Of a stretch of 64,000 nt of DNA, positions 38,747 to 48,358 are shown piece after piece; position 1 is the first letter of the stretch, and every line of letters starts with the position of its first letter. The stretch is from a virus: positions 25,588 to 89,587 of IMG/VR virus record IMGVR_UViG_3300028173_000007; one strand, 5' to 3'. Both the position numbers and the translations under genes were made by a program. Under the pieces are notes generated by a model. The model worked only from the letters and a program-made list of their open reading frames with translations, did no database searches and was not told the DNA's origin.

Positions 38747-38885
38747 CGTGGAGGCCGCGGCCGGGCTCCCCCCCGGTGCCTTGGGCGCCAATTGTTGGGT
38801 GGTGTCGGGTGGATGGATGGTCGAAAGACTTGAACAGGAGCAGGGCCTTGAATCGGCGCTTGAGGAATGCGAGCGCGGCGACTGA
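38616..38885 (+). CDS. Rz1-like outer-membrane lipoprotein spanin
   Basis: Lipobox-like LVVSAC, Pro-rich, overlaps the Rz-like gene out of frame. Confidence 0.55.
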   Translation: MRAPSLRCGLVALVVSACGGCPRPPETAPEIVTVSTAEIRPCADVEAAAGLPPGALGANCWVVSGGWMVERLEQEQGLESALEECERGD

Positions 38886-38931
38886 GCGCGGCCGGGACGC
38901 ATCTGGTATCTATCAAGACCGGAGGTGGCCG

Positions 38932-39411
38932 ATGTTGAGTTTGCTTGTCTTCGCCGCCCTGCTCGCACCGCGGGGCCCCGCGCTTGCGGAAGTGCAGGAG
39001 TCATTGCACCGGATCGAGCAAATCCAAGCCGAGGTGCGCGCCGACCTGAAAGGTCTGAAAGAGGACATCGGGGAGGTAAAGGGCGTGCAGGCAAAGCAGG
39101 CCCTCGACATCGGGGTGTTCTACCGACAACACCATATCCCAACCCGGTCGGAGTGGGCGACGGTCGTTCATCGACCCTCGTATGAGAAAGTAGCCGGCCA
39201 GGTTGAGAACATGAGCCGCACACTGGACTATCTGCTCGGCGGCCTCGGCGTGGTCCTCGCGGTGTTCGGGTGGATCATGAACTCGGTACGGGTGCAGGTG
39301 CAGCACCTCTCCGACGCACCGCCGCCGCCGGCGCCCCCGCCGCCCAGACGGACCAGACGGACCAGCCCAACCGGCTACGTCGATCCCGAGGTCACGGATC
39401 AAACAGGGTGA
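38932..39411 (+). CDS. Membrane coiled-coil protein (lysis-associated?)
   Basis: Signal-like N-terminus, coiled coil, C-terminal TM; GGAGG RBS. Confidence 0.5.
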   Translation: MLSLLVFAALLAPRGPALAEVQESLHRIEQIQAEVRADLKGLKEDIGEVKGVQAKQALDIGVFYRQHHIPTRSEWATVVHRPSYEKVAGQVENMSRTLDYLLGGLGVVLAVFGWIMNSVRVQVQHLSDAPPPPAPPPPRRTRRTSPTGYVDPEVTDQTG

Positions 39412-39730
39412 GCGGCAGCGAGTAGTCCAGACCGCACCGGCCCAGGAGCCGATCAACGGCGGCCCAGGTCGGCGCCCCGTGCTCAGCCTTCCAGGCCCGC
39501 CGCGCGTCGTCGCCGTGCTCGACCATGAGCTTCCCGGCCTTCCGCCAGGTGGCAGTCCCGATCCTCATCCGGTAGGCGTCCACGAGGCGCACGCGGAGCA
39601 CCTCGGCCGGGTCGTACCCCTCCGCGAGATCGTTGTAGGGCTCGGGCTCGTCCCGCTCGCGGTCGGCCTTCACGGGCAGCACGGGCGGCGCGAAGCCGAA
39701 CCGGCCTTGACGGTCGGGTGCCACGGTCAC
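39392..39730 (-). CDS. Hypothetical protein
   Basis: GTGA overlap with the upstream gene. Confidence 0.5.
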   Translation of the reverse strand: MTVAPDRQGRFGFAPPVLPVKADRERDEPEPYNDLAEGYDPAEVLRVRLVDAYRMRIGTATWRKAGKLMVEHGDDARRAWKAEHGAPTWAAVDRLLGRCGLDYSLPLTLFDP

Positions 39731-40038
39731 GAGACCAGCCGCGCGGTGAAGGCCCCGACGCCATTCGCGATCAAGAACATCGCGACCTGCGCGGCCTCCT
39801 TGGCCCCGCATTGGATTCGGTCGGGGTCGGCACCTTCGAGCTCGCCTTCGGCGTAGCAGACGAAGCCGCCGGTGGTCACGAGGGCCTCGGGGTCGAGGTC
39901 CACCTGGGCGCCCGGCAGCGTGTCTACCTGGGCGCGGAAGGCGACCGCGGCCTTTCGCGTGAACCCGAGGGCCCGCAGCACCTCCGCGAAGCGGGACGGG
40001 GCGCAGTCGTAGGCATAGACGCAGACGACGGGGATCAT
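39727..40038 (-). CDS. Hypothetical protein
   Basis: GGAGG RBS, ATGA overlap with sbcC. Confidence 0.55.
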   Translation of the reverse strand: MIPVVCVYAYDCAPSRFAEVLRALGFTRKAAVAFRAQVDTLPGAQVDLDPEALVTTGGFVCYAEGELEGADPDRIQCGAKEAAQVAMFLIANGVGAFTARLVS

Positions 40039-42527
40039 TGGACACCTCCAAACCGCGCGGCGCCGTCCGGCCCGCGCTCGACGACGAGCCGGCCAGGCAG
40101 GGCCTCGGCCACGCTTTCAATGTGAGTGATCAAGAGCATCGCCGGGTACTGGCGAACCAGCGCGCCCAGCGCGCCGGTGAGAGCGTCGAGGCCCTCATCG
40201 TCGAGGGCGCCGAAGCCGCCCTCATCGATCACCAGCCATTCCACCGGCACGCCCTCCCGCTCGGCCAGGAGGCGCGCAAGGGCGATGCGGAGCGACACGT
40301 CCACGCGGAACCGCTCGCCGCCGCTGTAGTCGTCAAGGGGGCGCTCCCCGGCGTCGTCCGTCACCACCACTTCGAGGGTCTCCCGCTCGTCGCCGGCGTT
40401 CGTGGTTCGGGTCGTGTCGATGCGGACGGCCATCCCCCGCGGCGCGATCTCGGCCAGGAGCTCGTTTGTGACCTGCTCCAGCCGGGGGATCGCCCGTTCG
40501 ATCACGAGGACCGGCGCCACCTGGCAAGCGGCCTCGACGCGCCGCCAGCGTGCCGCGTCGACCGCGGCCTTGTCGGCCGTCTCGCGGGCGGCCTGTGCGG
40601 CCTGCTCGGCCTTCTCTGCGGCGATCTGAGCCGCGGCAGCCTGCATCCACTGGCGGTGGAGCCCGTCGGTGGCGGCGGCCGTGACCCTGGCCTCTCGGCG
40701 GGTGTCCTCGACGGCCTGGGCGGCCGCGGCGACGCCGGCCGCGGCCTGGACTGCCCCTTCAAGGGCCTCGCGCGCCTTGGTGAGCGCGTCGCCGCACGTC
40801 GCTACCCGCCGGCCGAACTCGGGCAGGGCGTCGCGCGCCTGGGCCGCCTGGGCCGCCTTCGCGGCTAGAGTCTGGGCCGCGGTGAAGGCCCGCCAGGCCC
40901 TCTCGGCCTGCTCTCGGGCCGCGGCCGGTTCGAGGTCCGGCAGGGCTTCGAGCTCGGCGCGCGCCTTCGCCCCTCGGGCTTCGATCTCTTTGAGCCCCGC
41001 GAGTGTGGCGCGCGCCGCGTCCACCTGGGCATGGCCACTGATGGCCCCCCCCGCCAAGTCTCGCGCCCTCGTCGCCCTGCCGATGGCCCTCGCGTTCGCC
41101 CTCGTGAGCTCCGCTCGGCTGCGCGCTTCTACGGCGGCCGCGGTAGCAGTAGCAGCGGCGGCCGCGGTGGCGCCGTCTCGCCGGCGCGCTTCGAGGCTTC
41201 CGGCGGCCTCGCGGGCGTCCGCCAGCAGGACGCACTCGTTTTGCAGGTCGCACGGCTCAGCGCCGGGCCCCTCTCGCCATGCGGTCGCGCGCCCGCACGG
41301 CACGTCTCGCAAGAGCTTCGCGACCTTCACCGTGCGGGCGTAGTCTCGCCGGGCGCCTTCCAGCGCGGAACGGGCGGCCTCGGCCGCGAGCTCCAGGCGC
41401 CCCAGGTCGTCGAGGGCGGCCGCCGTCGCGGCCGCCGCGGCCCTGCGGTCGGGCAGGACCCGCTCGGCCACCTGGGCGCGCTTGAGGGCCCTCTGTGCGA
41501 CGTGTAGCGTTCGCCGGCGCCCCGTCTTCACCTTCGCGTGCTCGGTTCGCCAGTCGGCCATCGCCGCGTCCAGCGCGTGACGCGCGACGGTTCGCTTGCC
41601 GGCGGTGTCGGCGGCCCGGTCGGCCTCGGCGCGCATCCGGTCGGCCGTTTCTCGGAGATCGGGGAGGGCCGCGGCCGCGGCCGCGGTCTCGTCGGCCTCC
41701 ACGGCCAGGCGCTCGGCCGCGTCCCGCTCGTCCGCGGCGCGACTGAGGGCGCCAGCGCGCACGTTGACCTCGTGCGCGGCCGCGTCCCGCTTCTCGGCGG
41801 CCGCCTTCACCGCGTCGAGGGCTTCGACGGCATCCCGCGCCGCATCCCGCGCCGCATCGCTCGACGCCTTCGCCCGCTCCTGGCCAGCCAGGAGCTCAGC
41901 GGCCCGCTCTCGGGCCTGGGCGGCTTCACCCTCGGGCGCGATGTCCTGCGCCCGTTGGCGGGCGGCCTGGCCGGCCTGCTCGGCGTCTCGGGCCTTCACC
42001 CGCGCCGCGTCGCGCCGCGTGCGCCACACGTCCAGCCGCAGCAGTTGTCGGAGCAGGTCGCGCCGTTCTTCGGGCTTCGCTCGCGTGAATCGGTCGGCGT
42101 CCCCCTGGGTAAGCACCGACGCAGCGGTGAGCACGTCCACCGGCACGCCTACGGCGTCTTCGATGGTTTGCTGGGTCTCGCGGATCGACTTCGAGCTCAG
42201 CGACACCGACGCCGGCGCGGCGCCGCGGTAGAGGTCGAGGCGGGACTTGCCCCGGCCCAAGGTGGACCGCTGGCGAACCACGGTGTAGACCTCGCCGGCG
42301 GCCTCGAAGACCACCTCGCCGCTGGCCTCGGCCTCACCGAGTCGCACCACCGAATCGGCCCCGCCGCTCCGCGTGGTGCCGTAGATGGTCCAGAGGATGC
42401 CGTCAATGATGGACGACTTGCCGGCCCCGTTCGGGCCGGTGACAACAACGTGCGGGAGCCGCGCGAAGTCGAGTTCGCACTCGCCCCACGCGCGGAAGTT
42501 CCGCAGTTTCAGACTGCATAGTTTCAT
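40035..42527 (-). CDS. sbcC: SbcC/Rad50-like SMC ATPase
   Basis: LRNFR, Walker A GPNGAGKS, Q-loop LTQG, coiled coil, YSGGE signature, LVIDEG.GALD, LITH. Confidence 0.92.
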   Translation of the reverse strand: MKLCSLKLRNFRAWGECELDFARLPHVVVTGPNGAGKSSIIDGILWTIYGTTRSGGADSVVRLGEAEASGEVVFEAAGEVYTVVRQRSTLGRGKSRLDLYRGAAPASVSLSSKSIRETQQTIEDAVGVPVDVLTAASVLTQGDADRFTRAKPEERRDLLRQLLRLDVWRTRRDAARVKARDAEQAGQAARQRAQDIAPEGEAAQARERAAELLAGQERAKASSDAARDAARDAVEALDAVKAAAEKRDAAAHEVNVRAGALSRAADERDAAERLAVEADETAAAAAALPDLRETADRMRAEADRAADTAGKRTVARHALDAAMADWRTEHAKVKTGRRRTLHVAQRALKRAQVAERVLPDRRAAAAATAAALDDLGRLELAAEAARSALEGARRDYARTVKVAKLLRDVPCGRATAWREGPGAEPCDLQNECVLLADAREAAGSLEARRRDGATAAAAATATAAAVEARSRAELTRANARAIGRATRARDLAGGAISGHAQVDAARATLAGLKEIEARGAKARAELEALPDLEPAAAREQAERAWRAFTAAQTLAAKAAQAAQARDALPEFGRRVATCGDALTKAREALEGAVQAAAGVAAAAQAVEDTRREARVTAAATDGLHRQWMQAAAAQIAAEKAEQAAQAARETADKAAVDAARWRRVEAACQVAPVLVIERAIPRLEQVTNELLAEIAPRGMAVRIDTTRTTNAGDERETLEVVVTDDAGERPLDDYSGGERFRVDVSLRIALARLLAEREGVPVEWLVIDEGGFGALDDEGLDALTGALGALVRQYPAMLLITHIESVAEALPGRLVVERGPDGAARFGGVQ

Positions 42528-42567
42528 CGGTTCCCCAACCGGCTAGAGTGGTCGTGTGGCGCCCAGC

Positions 42568-43860
42568 CTACAGGGCGGCCCCGTCGAGGGCCACCACGTC
42601 GGCCGTGATCTGATCTGCAAATTCACCGAGGTCCGGCCGGGCCTCGAACACGCCGCGGAGGACCGCAGCCGTCGACAGGTCCGCGCCCAGGTCCACGCGG
42701 GCCCGGTCGGTGCGCTCCACCTGGCACTCGTTCCGCACCACCACGCCGGCGGCCACCAGCGAGCGCACCGCGGCCCCCACGGCTTCGAGCCGCTCGGGGG
42801 CGACCGTGCCCCGCACTCGGTAGACCACCGCCCCAGCCGGGCCGCTGGCGGCCTCGGTGCGGATCCTCCCGTTGATCACCTCGTCGGTGAGCTCGTCGGG
42901 CGTGAGCGTCTCGAATTGCCGGGCGTGTGGGTTGCCCACGAACTCGGCCTTCGTGTGCCATTGGGTGAAGGTGAGCAGCGTCGCGCCGGCGTGATAGCCC
43001 GCTTCGTCGAAGCGCAGCCGGTCGGGGGCCCCCGTGTAGCCGTGCGTGTGCTCGTCGGCGTCCCCGTAGCCCTCGACGGCCTGGCGCTTGTGCAGGTGCC
43101 CCCACACGGCCGCGTCGAAGGCCCCGAAATGGTCGGTCGGGATGGGCCAGTCGGCCAGCGGCACCGTCTGGTGATCGGAGAACACCGCGCCGGCCAACGT
43201 GCCGTGCCCCAGGAGGATCCTCGGCCGCCGGGCGCCGCCTTCGAGCTCGTGCGGCGCGTCCAACTTCGAGAGCGCCGCGTAGGCCTTGATCACGTCCCCG
43301 CAGACCTTCCCGTTTGCGCGGAGGGCTTCGACGACGGTCGGGGCCCCGCGTGCGAGCTCGGCGCGCGCAGGGTACGGCACCGGGTAGATGATGCCGCGCA
43401 GGTCGGGCCCCGCCTCGGTGGGGTCGAGTAGCGGAACCAAGTTCAGACGGCCCCCGCCCGACAGCGCGTAGGGCATGAACTCGTCGAGCACCACGATCCG
43501 CCCAGGCCGCCACCGCTTCATCGGCTCCAGCGCGTGCGCCACGGCGGCGCCGTTCGCCCGGTCGTGGTTCCCCAGGAGCACCACCACGAGGACCCCCCGG
43601 TCGGCCAGGCCGCAGAAGGCGTCCGCGACGATGGACTCGGCCGCGGGTGTCGGCCTCGGGTGCGGGTACACGTCGCCGGACACGAAGACCACGTTCGCGT
43701 CCGCGTCCTCGGCCGCCGTCACGATCCAGTCAAGGGTGCGCCGGGCGCCTTCGAGGACGGCCGGCCGGCCGGTCTCGCGGTCAATCGGTTGGAGGCCGGC
43801 CAGGTTGGCCGTGTCCCCGACGTGGAGGTCCCCCGTAGCGAGGATGCGTAGGTCTTGCAC
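42568..43860 (-). CDS. sbcD: SbcD/Mre11-like nuclease
   Basis: GDLH, SGD, GNHD, GH and WGHLH metallophosphoesterase motifs. Confidence 0.92.
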   Translation of the reverse strand: MQDLRILATGDLHVGDTANLAGLQPIDRETGRPAVLEGARRTLDWIVTAAEDADANVVFVSGDVYPHPRPTPAAESIVADAFCGLADRGVLVVVLLGNHDRANGAAVAHALEPMKRWRPGRIVVLDEFMPYALSGGGRLNLVPLLDPTEAGPDLRGIIYPVPYPARAELARGAPTVVEALRANGKVCGDVIKAYAALSKLDAPHELEGGARRPRILLGHGTLAGAVFSDHQTVPLADWPIPTDHFGAFDAAVWGHLHKRQAVEGYGDADEHTHGYTGAPDRLRFDEAGYHAGATLLTFTQWHTKAEFVGNPHARQFETLTPDELTDEVINGRIRTEAASGPAGAVVYRVRGTVAPERLEAVGAAVRSLVAAGVVVRNECQVERTDRARVDLGADLSTAAVLRGVFEARPDLGEFADQITADVVALDGAAL

Positions 43861-43862
43861 GG

Positions 43863-45023
43863 TCAGTCTTTCATCCAGGCGGGGAGCTCGTCGGGGAGGT
43901 CCAGCGGCTCGGCCGCGGGCTCGGCCGTGGGCTCGTCGGGCATCCCGTTCAACTTGTTGTCAAGCCGCGCCAGGTGGTCGGGGTCGAGCCGGTCGATCTG
44001 TTCGCCGGTGATCATGCCGGCCGCGTGCGCCTCGGCGCCGGGCATGGACGCCGGCGCGAGTCGCCCCTTACGGGCGGCCTTCGTCTTGAGCTCGGCGCGG
44101 ATCTCCCCGAAGTCGTCGCCCACCTCGGGCTCGTCGTCGAGCACGTCGTCGGGCTCGTCGTCGTCGGGCACGTCGATCACCTGCGGCGGCTCGGGCGCGT
44201 CCAGTGCCGCGCCGATCTCCGCGCGCTCCGCGCCGAACATGGCCGCGCCCACCGAAGCAAAGAGCTCGGCGCCGGCCCCGAGGGCCTTCGCGGCCGAGAG
44301 CAGGGCAACGGCCCGGTTCGTGGCCGGGTCGCCGTAGTTGCCAGTCCACACCATCTTTGCGGCGACGAAGGGCCGCGAGAGCTCCTGCGCCGTGTAGGCC
44401 TGGCGCAGCCCCAGGGCGAGCCGCACGGCCCGGTTGCGGGCCTTGGACTCGGTGTGCTCGGTGATGAACGCGCGGGTCTGCCGAAGTTGGCGCGCGCCCT
44501 TCTCGGCCGTCTCGGCGTTGGCGAGGATCTCCAGCGCCATCGGCGCGTCGTCGCGCAGGTCCAGCCGCTTGCGCGCTTCGATGCGGCGGGACTTCCCGTC
44601 AAGGTCCTGCACCTCGCACACCACCACGATCTCGCAGACGTGGGGGTGAGCGCCGTTGTCTTCGCGGCGGCTCATGCCCCAGGTGAGGCCAGCGGCCGCG
44701 CCGATCTTGTCGAGGGCCGCCTTGTGGAGCGCCCGCTTCCCGCGGCCGCCCTTCACCGGGTAGGTCTCGTTTTCCACGTCCACCGCGTGCGCGGCGACGG
44801 TGACGGCGTGCCCCTGTGGGATCAGGCCGACCCGCTGGACGGGGAGAAGCAGGTTCGCGTGCTCACTGAGCCCGTCGAGGGCCTCGCGGAGCGCGTCGAC
44901 CGACTCAAAGGTGCCGGTGCGCCGCGCGAGCTCCACCGAGACCGTTGCGATTGCCGTTTGCTGGGGCCGGGAGCGCCCGTGCGGGCCCCCTGGCCCCCTG
45001 GCCCACTGGTTGTCTCTGCTCAT
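43863..45023 (-). CDS. Putative ssDNA-annealing protein (Rad52/RecT-like)
   Basis: LHKAALDKIGAAAG...ESKARNRAVR core, acidic C-terminus; directly upstream of sbcD/sbcC. Confidence 0.5.
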   Translation of the reverse strand: MSRDNQWARGPGGPHGRSRPQQTAIATVSVELARRTGTFESVDALREALDGLSEHANLLLPVQRVGLIPQGHAVTVAAHAVDVENETYPVKGGRGKRALHKAALDKIGAAAGLTWGMSRREDNGAHPHVCEIVVVCEVQDLDGKSRRIEARKRLDLRDDAPMALEILANAETAEKGARQLRQTRAFITEHTESKARNRAVRLALGLRQAYTAQELSRPFVAAKMVWTGNYGDPATNRAVALLSAAKALGAGAELFASVGAAMFGAERAEIGAALDAPEPPQVIDVPDDDEPDDVLDDEPEVGDDFGEIRAELKTKAARKGRLAPASMPGAEAHAAGMITGEQIDRLDPDHLARLDNKLNGMPDEPTAEPAAEPLDLPDELPAWMKD

Positions 45024-45075
45024 GGTTCGTCGCTCCTGTACGCCGGCCTGGGCCGGGGGTCGTGTACGGTCGAGC

Positions 45076-45285
45076 TCAGCCGACGGCGGCCACCTCGACG
45101 GTCTCCAACAGATCGGACGCCTGGACGGCGCCCGCGGTCTCCCGCTCGATACGGACGGCGAGCTCGAAACTCGGCCGCTGGCGGCCGGACGCGAGCCGAT
45201 AGATCGTGGTGTCGCTCACGCCCAGGCGGCCAGCGAACGCGAGCCGGGTCACCCCTTCACGGGTGAGCCAGTCCGCGAGCTTCAC
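45076..45285 (-). CDS. Cro/YdaS-like HTH regulator
   Basis: KLADWL...AFAGRLGVSDTTIYRLASGRQRPS...IERETAGAV...DL. Confidence 0.8.
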   Translation of the reverse strand: MKLADWLTREGVTRLAFAGRLGVSDTTIYRLASGRQRPSFELAVRIERETAGAVQASDLLETVEVAAVG

Positions 45286-45653
45286 GCGCCCCCCTCGAAG
45301 CGAGAGCACGCGACCACGACCGCGATTTGCTTCTGGGCCACCTGACACCGCCGCCCGCGCCGCACCGCGCGCCGGTAGGCCTTGATCCGCTTGCGGACCT
45401 GGGGGGACTGAGGCCGACGCCCGCCGTGCATGAACCGCATCGCGAGCCCCACGGTGGCCTCGGGCGTCGCGTTCAGGACGGACGCCACGGCGCGGTCGGT
45501 GCCGGTGCGCCGGTAGGGCACCCTGCGCCGGGCTCCCGTCACCGGGTCGGCCTCCCACATGCCCGGCCAGGTGAAGGCCCGGCCGCCCTCGCCAGTCCAC
45601 ACGCCATCCCCTCGCTTCTTCGTCCCGCCCGCTGCACTCCAACCGCTTCCCAT
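45282..45653 (-). CDS. Hypothetical basic protein
   Basis: GGGAG RBS, ATG 45653, overlap with the HTH gene. Confidence 0.45.
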   Translation of the reverse strand: MGSGWSAAGGTKKRGDGVWTGEGGRAFTWPGMWEADPVTGARRRVPYRRTGTDRAVASVLNATPEATVGLAMRFMHGGRRPQSPQVRKRIKAYRRAVRRGRRCQVAQKQIAVVVACSRFEGGA

Positions 45654-45673
45654 GTTTTCGCTCCCTTGGTTAG

Positions 45674-45714
45674 TGGTCGCTTGACGACCAGTTCCGAAGA
45701 CCGTACCGTCTTCG
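45674..45714 (+). promoter_or_regulatory. Sigma70-type promoter with overlapping palindromes
   Basis: TTGACG(45681)-N17-TACCGT(45704); IRs tggtcg/cgacca over -35 and cgaagac/gtcttcg over -10. Confidence 0.6.
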
Positions 45715-45737
45715 TCGGAGCATCGCAAGGGGAGTTC

Positions 45738-46052
45738 ATGGGATGGTTTCTAGGCCTGGGCCTTGTGGCCTGGGCGGCCGCCAGGTGGGCGGCGGGGCGG
45801 CATCGTGCCCGCGCTATGGCCTCGCGTCAAGTCCTCGGCCCGGCGCCGGTCGTCGCCATGCGAACCACGGCAGGTGGTCGCCCCGCGCCACTTGGCCCGC
45901 TCCCCGAGGGCTGGACGGTCCTCGGGGAGACGCACCGCGGCCGGCCCGCTCCGCGGGGCTGGGTGTGGGTCCAGTTGCCAGCGCACGAGTACCAGCGGGC
46001 CGACCTCGTGCGCCTTCTGGCGCAGGCCATCGAGCCCAAGGGGGGCGCGTGA
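45738..46052 (+). CDS. Hypothetical membrane protein
   Basis: GGGGAG RBS, N-terminal TM. Confidence 0.55.
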   Translation: MGWFLGLGLVAWAAARWAAGRHRARAMASRQVLGPAPVVAMRTTAGGRPAPLGPLPEGWTVLGETHRGRPAPRGWVWVQLPAHEYQRADLVRLLAQAIEPKGGA

Positions 46053-46948
46053 CCGAGAGGTGGCGACCGGGGGCCATCTTCCCCCTTCTGAGAATCCAGA
46101 CCTGGGCGGACGGCCAGCCGGTGAAGGCCGTTCACCGCGGCATCCTCGCGACCCTGTTCGAGCGGTCGGCGCCGGCCGATGGGAAGTGCAGAGACGGGAT
46201 CGTGCGGAACCGCAAGCTCGCCGCGTTCGGCCTCGGGCCCGACGTGGGCGCCTGGGCGGGTCGGCCCGAGGACCTGGGCGCGGCCCGGTCCTCGGTGCGG
46301 GAGACCCTGCGGCGGGCGCTGGCGCTCGGCGTGCTGGTGCGCCACGACCGGGCGGGGAAGCCCCCGATCTTCGTGTGGCAGGACGACCGGATCCGCGAGT
46401 TCGCCGCGCCACGACCCCAAAAGTCGTCTGCTCCTGCACTCCCTCTATCCTCTGCACCCGAGGGGGGGGGCTCGAAGGAGACCCGGTGCGAAAACGAACC
46501 CGGTACGAAAGCGGCCCCGGTCCAAAAAGAGACCCCCCCGTCTCTATATGATCCGCGCGCGCGTCTGGCCTTAGAACAACAACTACACACCCCCCTTACC
46601 CCCCAGGGGGGGGGACTGGCGGATCTGGATAGCTTGTGGGCCAGCGGGCACACGAGAGCTCGCCGCACCCGAGGGGTGCAGGGCTTCAACGGCGCCGAGA
46701 TTTCACGGGTGGCCGCTGCGCTCCAGAAGCACGGCTTCGAGCCGGTCAAGGCCGCACTCGAAGCCGAGATCCTCGCCGCGGCCGGGTCGGCGCCGCGCAT
46801 GGACATCGCGCTCAACACGTTGGACGGCCAACCGTCCCCGCCTCGCAGACCAGCGGGCCGGGGGCCAAGGCCTCAGAGGGGCGGGGGCAACCCCGCGAAT
46901 CCGGTTGCGCTGGACCGGGCCAAATGGCGAACGCCGGCAGGAGGATAG
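46049..46948 (+). CDS. Replication initiator (lambda O-like, winged HTH)
   Basis: N-terminal wHTH-like segment, linker carrying iterons, upstream of the DnaC-like loader. Confidence 0.6.
   Translation: MTERWRPGAIFPLLRIQTWADGQPVKAVHRGILATLFERSAPADGKCRDGIVRNRKLAAFGLGPDVGAWAGRPEDLGAARSSVRETLRRALALGVLVRHDRAGKPPIFVWQDDRIREFAAPRPQKSSAPALPLSSAPEGGGSKETRCENEPGTKAAPVQKETPPSLYDPRARLALEQQLHTPLTPQGGGLADLDSLWASGHTRARRTRGVQGFNGAEISRVAAALQKHGFEPVKAALEAEILAAAGSAPRMDIALNTLDGQPSPPRRPAGRGPRPQRGGGNPANPVALDRAKWRTPAGG
46468..46535 (+). repeat. Iteron array (four 17-bp units), probable replication origin
   Basis: gggctcgaaggagaccc/ggtgcgaaaacgaaccc/ggtacgaaagcggcccc/ggtccaaaaagagaccc, followed by an AT-richer segment. 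Confidence 0.6.
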
Positions 46949-46952
46949 AGGA

Positions 46953-47966
46953 ATGACCGACGAACCGAAGACCATCGAGGCCGAGCCCTCGCCCGAGCCC
47001 TCGCCCGAGCCCTCGCCCGAGCCCTCGCCCGAGCCCAGCGGGCGCGGCAACCTGGGCGCGGCCGTGGACGCCCTCGCGGCGTCCTGGCGGCTGGAGTCGC
47101 CGACTCGGCCCGAGCCCCCGAAGCCGGACGGGCCCCCGACGCTCATCCTCGCGCAGACCCCCGAGGGCCTCCGCGCGGAGGTGACGCCCTGCACCTGCAC
47201 CGACGGGTATCAGATCACCGACGCGGGCGCGGTGCCGTGCTCGGCCTGCTCGACGCCGAAGCGGGCGGCTGCGCTGATCAACCGCTGCGGCCTCCCGGCC
47301 GAGCCTGGGGCGTGCTACTTCGCCGGCTACCGCTACCTCAACGAGCCCGCGCCCGGCGAGCCCGACGGGGAGGAACGGGGGGGCGTGGTCTACGTCAAGG
47401 GCGGGGCCTACCTGCACCCCGCCCAGGAGCGCCGCGCCGCCCTCGCGGCCATGCGCTCACTCTCCGACCGCGTGGCGAAGCTGCGCCACGTTGGGGAGCT
47501 CCGCGGCCTGAGCTCGGTCCTACTCGCGGGCCCGCCCGGCGTGGGGAAGTCCTACCTCGGCGCGGCGTTCGCCCTCGAAACCATCCTCGCCGGCGCGCGC
47601 CTGGCCGTCCGCTACTGCCACATGGGCGGGCTCCTGGCCGAGTGCCGGCAGAGCATCCAAGCGCAGAAGCGAACGCAGGCCCTCGTGGATGCCGTGGCCA
47701 CCGTGCCGGTCCTCGTGTTCGACGAGCTCGGCGCGGGCCGCGCGACGGATTGGGAGCGCAGCATCGCGGACGAGATCATCGCGCGGCGCTACGACGCCGG
47801 CCTCCTGACCGTCTCCGCGACGAACTACACGACCGGGGCGGACCCCGAGCCCGAGGACCTGGGCGCCCTGCGGAACCGGATCGGCCCGCCGGCGGCGTCT
47901 CGCCTGTGGCACCGCTCGGTGACCTACACGCTCAGCGGCGTGGACCTCCGCGGGGTGGTCTCGTGA
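46953..47966 (+). CDS. DnaC/IstB-like helicase loader ATPase
   Basis: CxC..G...CxxC, Walker A GPPGVGKS, Walker B VLVFDELG, RY..L.T..ATNY; N-terminal (EPSP)x4-5. Confidence 0.85.
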   Translation: MTDEPKTIEAEPSPEPSPEPSPEPSPEPSGRGNLGAAVDALAASWRLESPTRPEPPKPDGPPTLILAQTPEGLRAEVTPCTCTDGYQITDAGAVPCSACSTPKRAAALINRCGLPAEPGACYFAGYRYLNEPAPGEPDGEERGGVVYVKGGAYLHPAQERRAALAAMRSLSDRVAKLRHVGELRGLSSVLLAGPPGVGKSYLGAAFALETILAGARLAVRYCHMGGLLAECRQSIQAQKRTQALVDAVATVPVLVFDELGAGRATDWERSIADEIIARRYDAGLLTVSATNYTTGADPEPEDLGALRNRIGPPAASRLWHRSVTYTLSGVDLRGVVS

Positions 47967-48358
47967 AGCGCGGCAGCTACAAGGACGCAGTTCGCGGCGC
48001 GCGCCGCGCGGCCGAGTGGGAGGCGGCCACGAAAGCGGCCACGAAGGCCGATCTCGTGGCCTTCATCGAGGCCACCGTGTTTCTGGTGGCCACCGCGCCC
48101 GACTACGCCCGCCGGTTGCGGCGGCTCACGCTCCACAATGCGTGGCTTCGGGCCAGCGACCGACACCACGCCGCGATGAGCCGGACACTGGATGCCCTCA
48201 CCCGCAGCATGGAGGCCACGAAGACGGGCGACTATCCCGAGATCGCCGCCGCGCACAAGGCCCGCGACAAGGCCTTCGCGGCCGAAGCCAAGGCCGAAAA
48301 GGCGAGCGAGCGAGCGTATGCCGCCCTGCGAGCGTTCGACGATGAGGTGGCGCTGTGA
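47963..48358 (+). CDS. Hypothetical protein
   Basis: GTGA overlaps on both sides. Confidence 0.55.
   Translation: MKRGSYKDAVRGARRAAEWEAATKAATKADLVAFIEATVFLVATAPDYARRLRRLTLHNAWLRASDRHHAAMSRTLDALTRSMEATKTGDYPEIAAAHKARDKAFAAEAKAEKASERAYAALRAFDDEVAL

Noticed and set aside
46983-47036. 12-bp repeat (EPSP)x4.5
   Set aside because: Simple linker microsatellite with no further signal
46953-47966. IS21 IstB transposition helper
   Set aside because: No IstA transposase or terminal repeats; context is phage initiator plus loader
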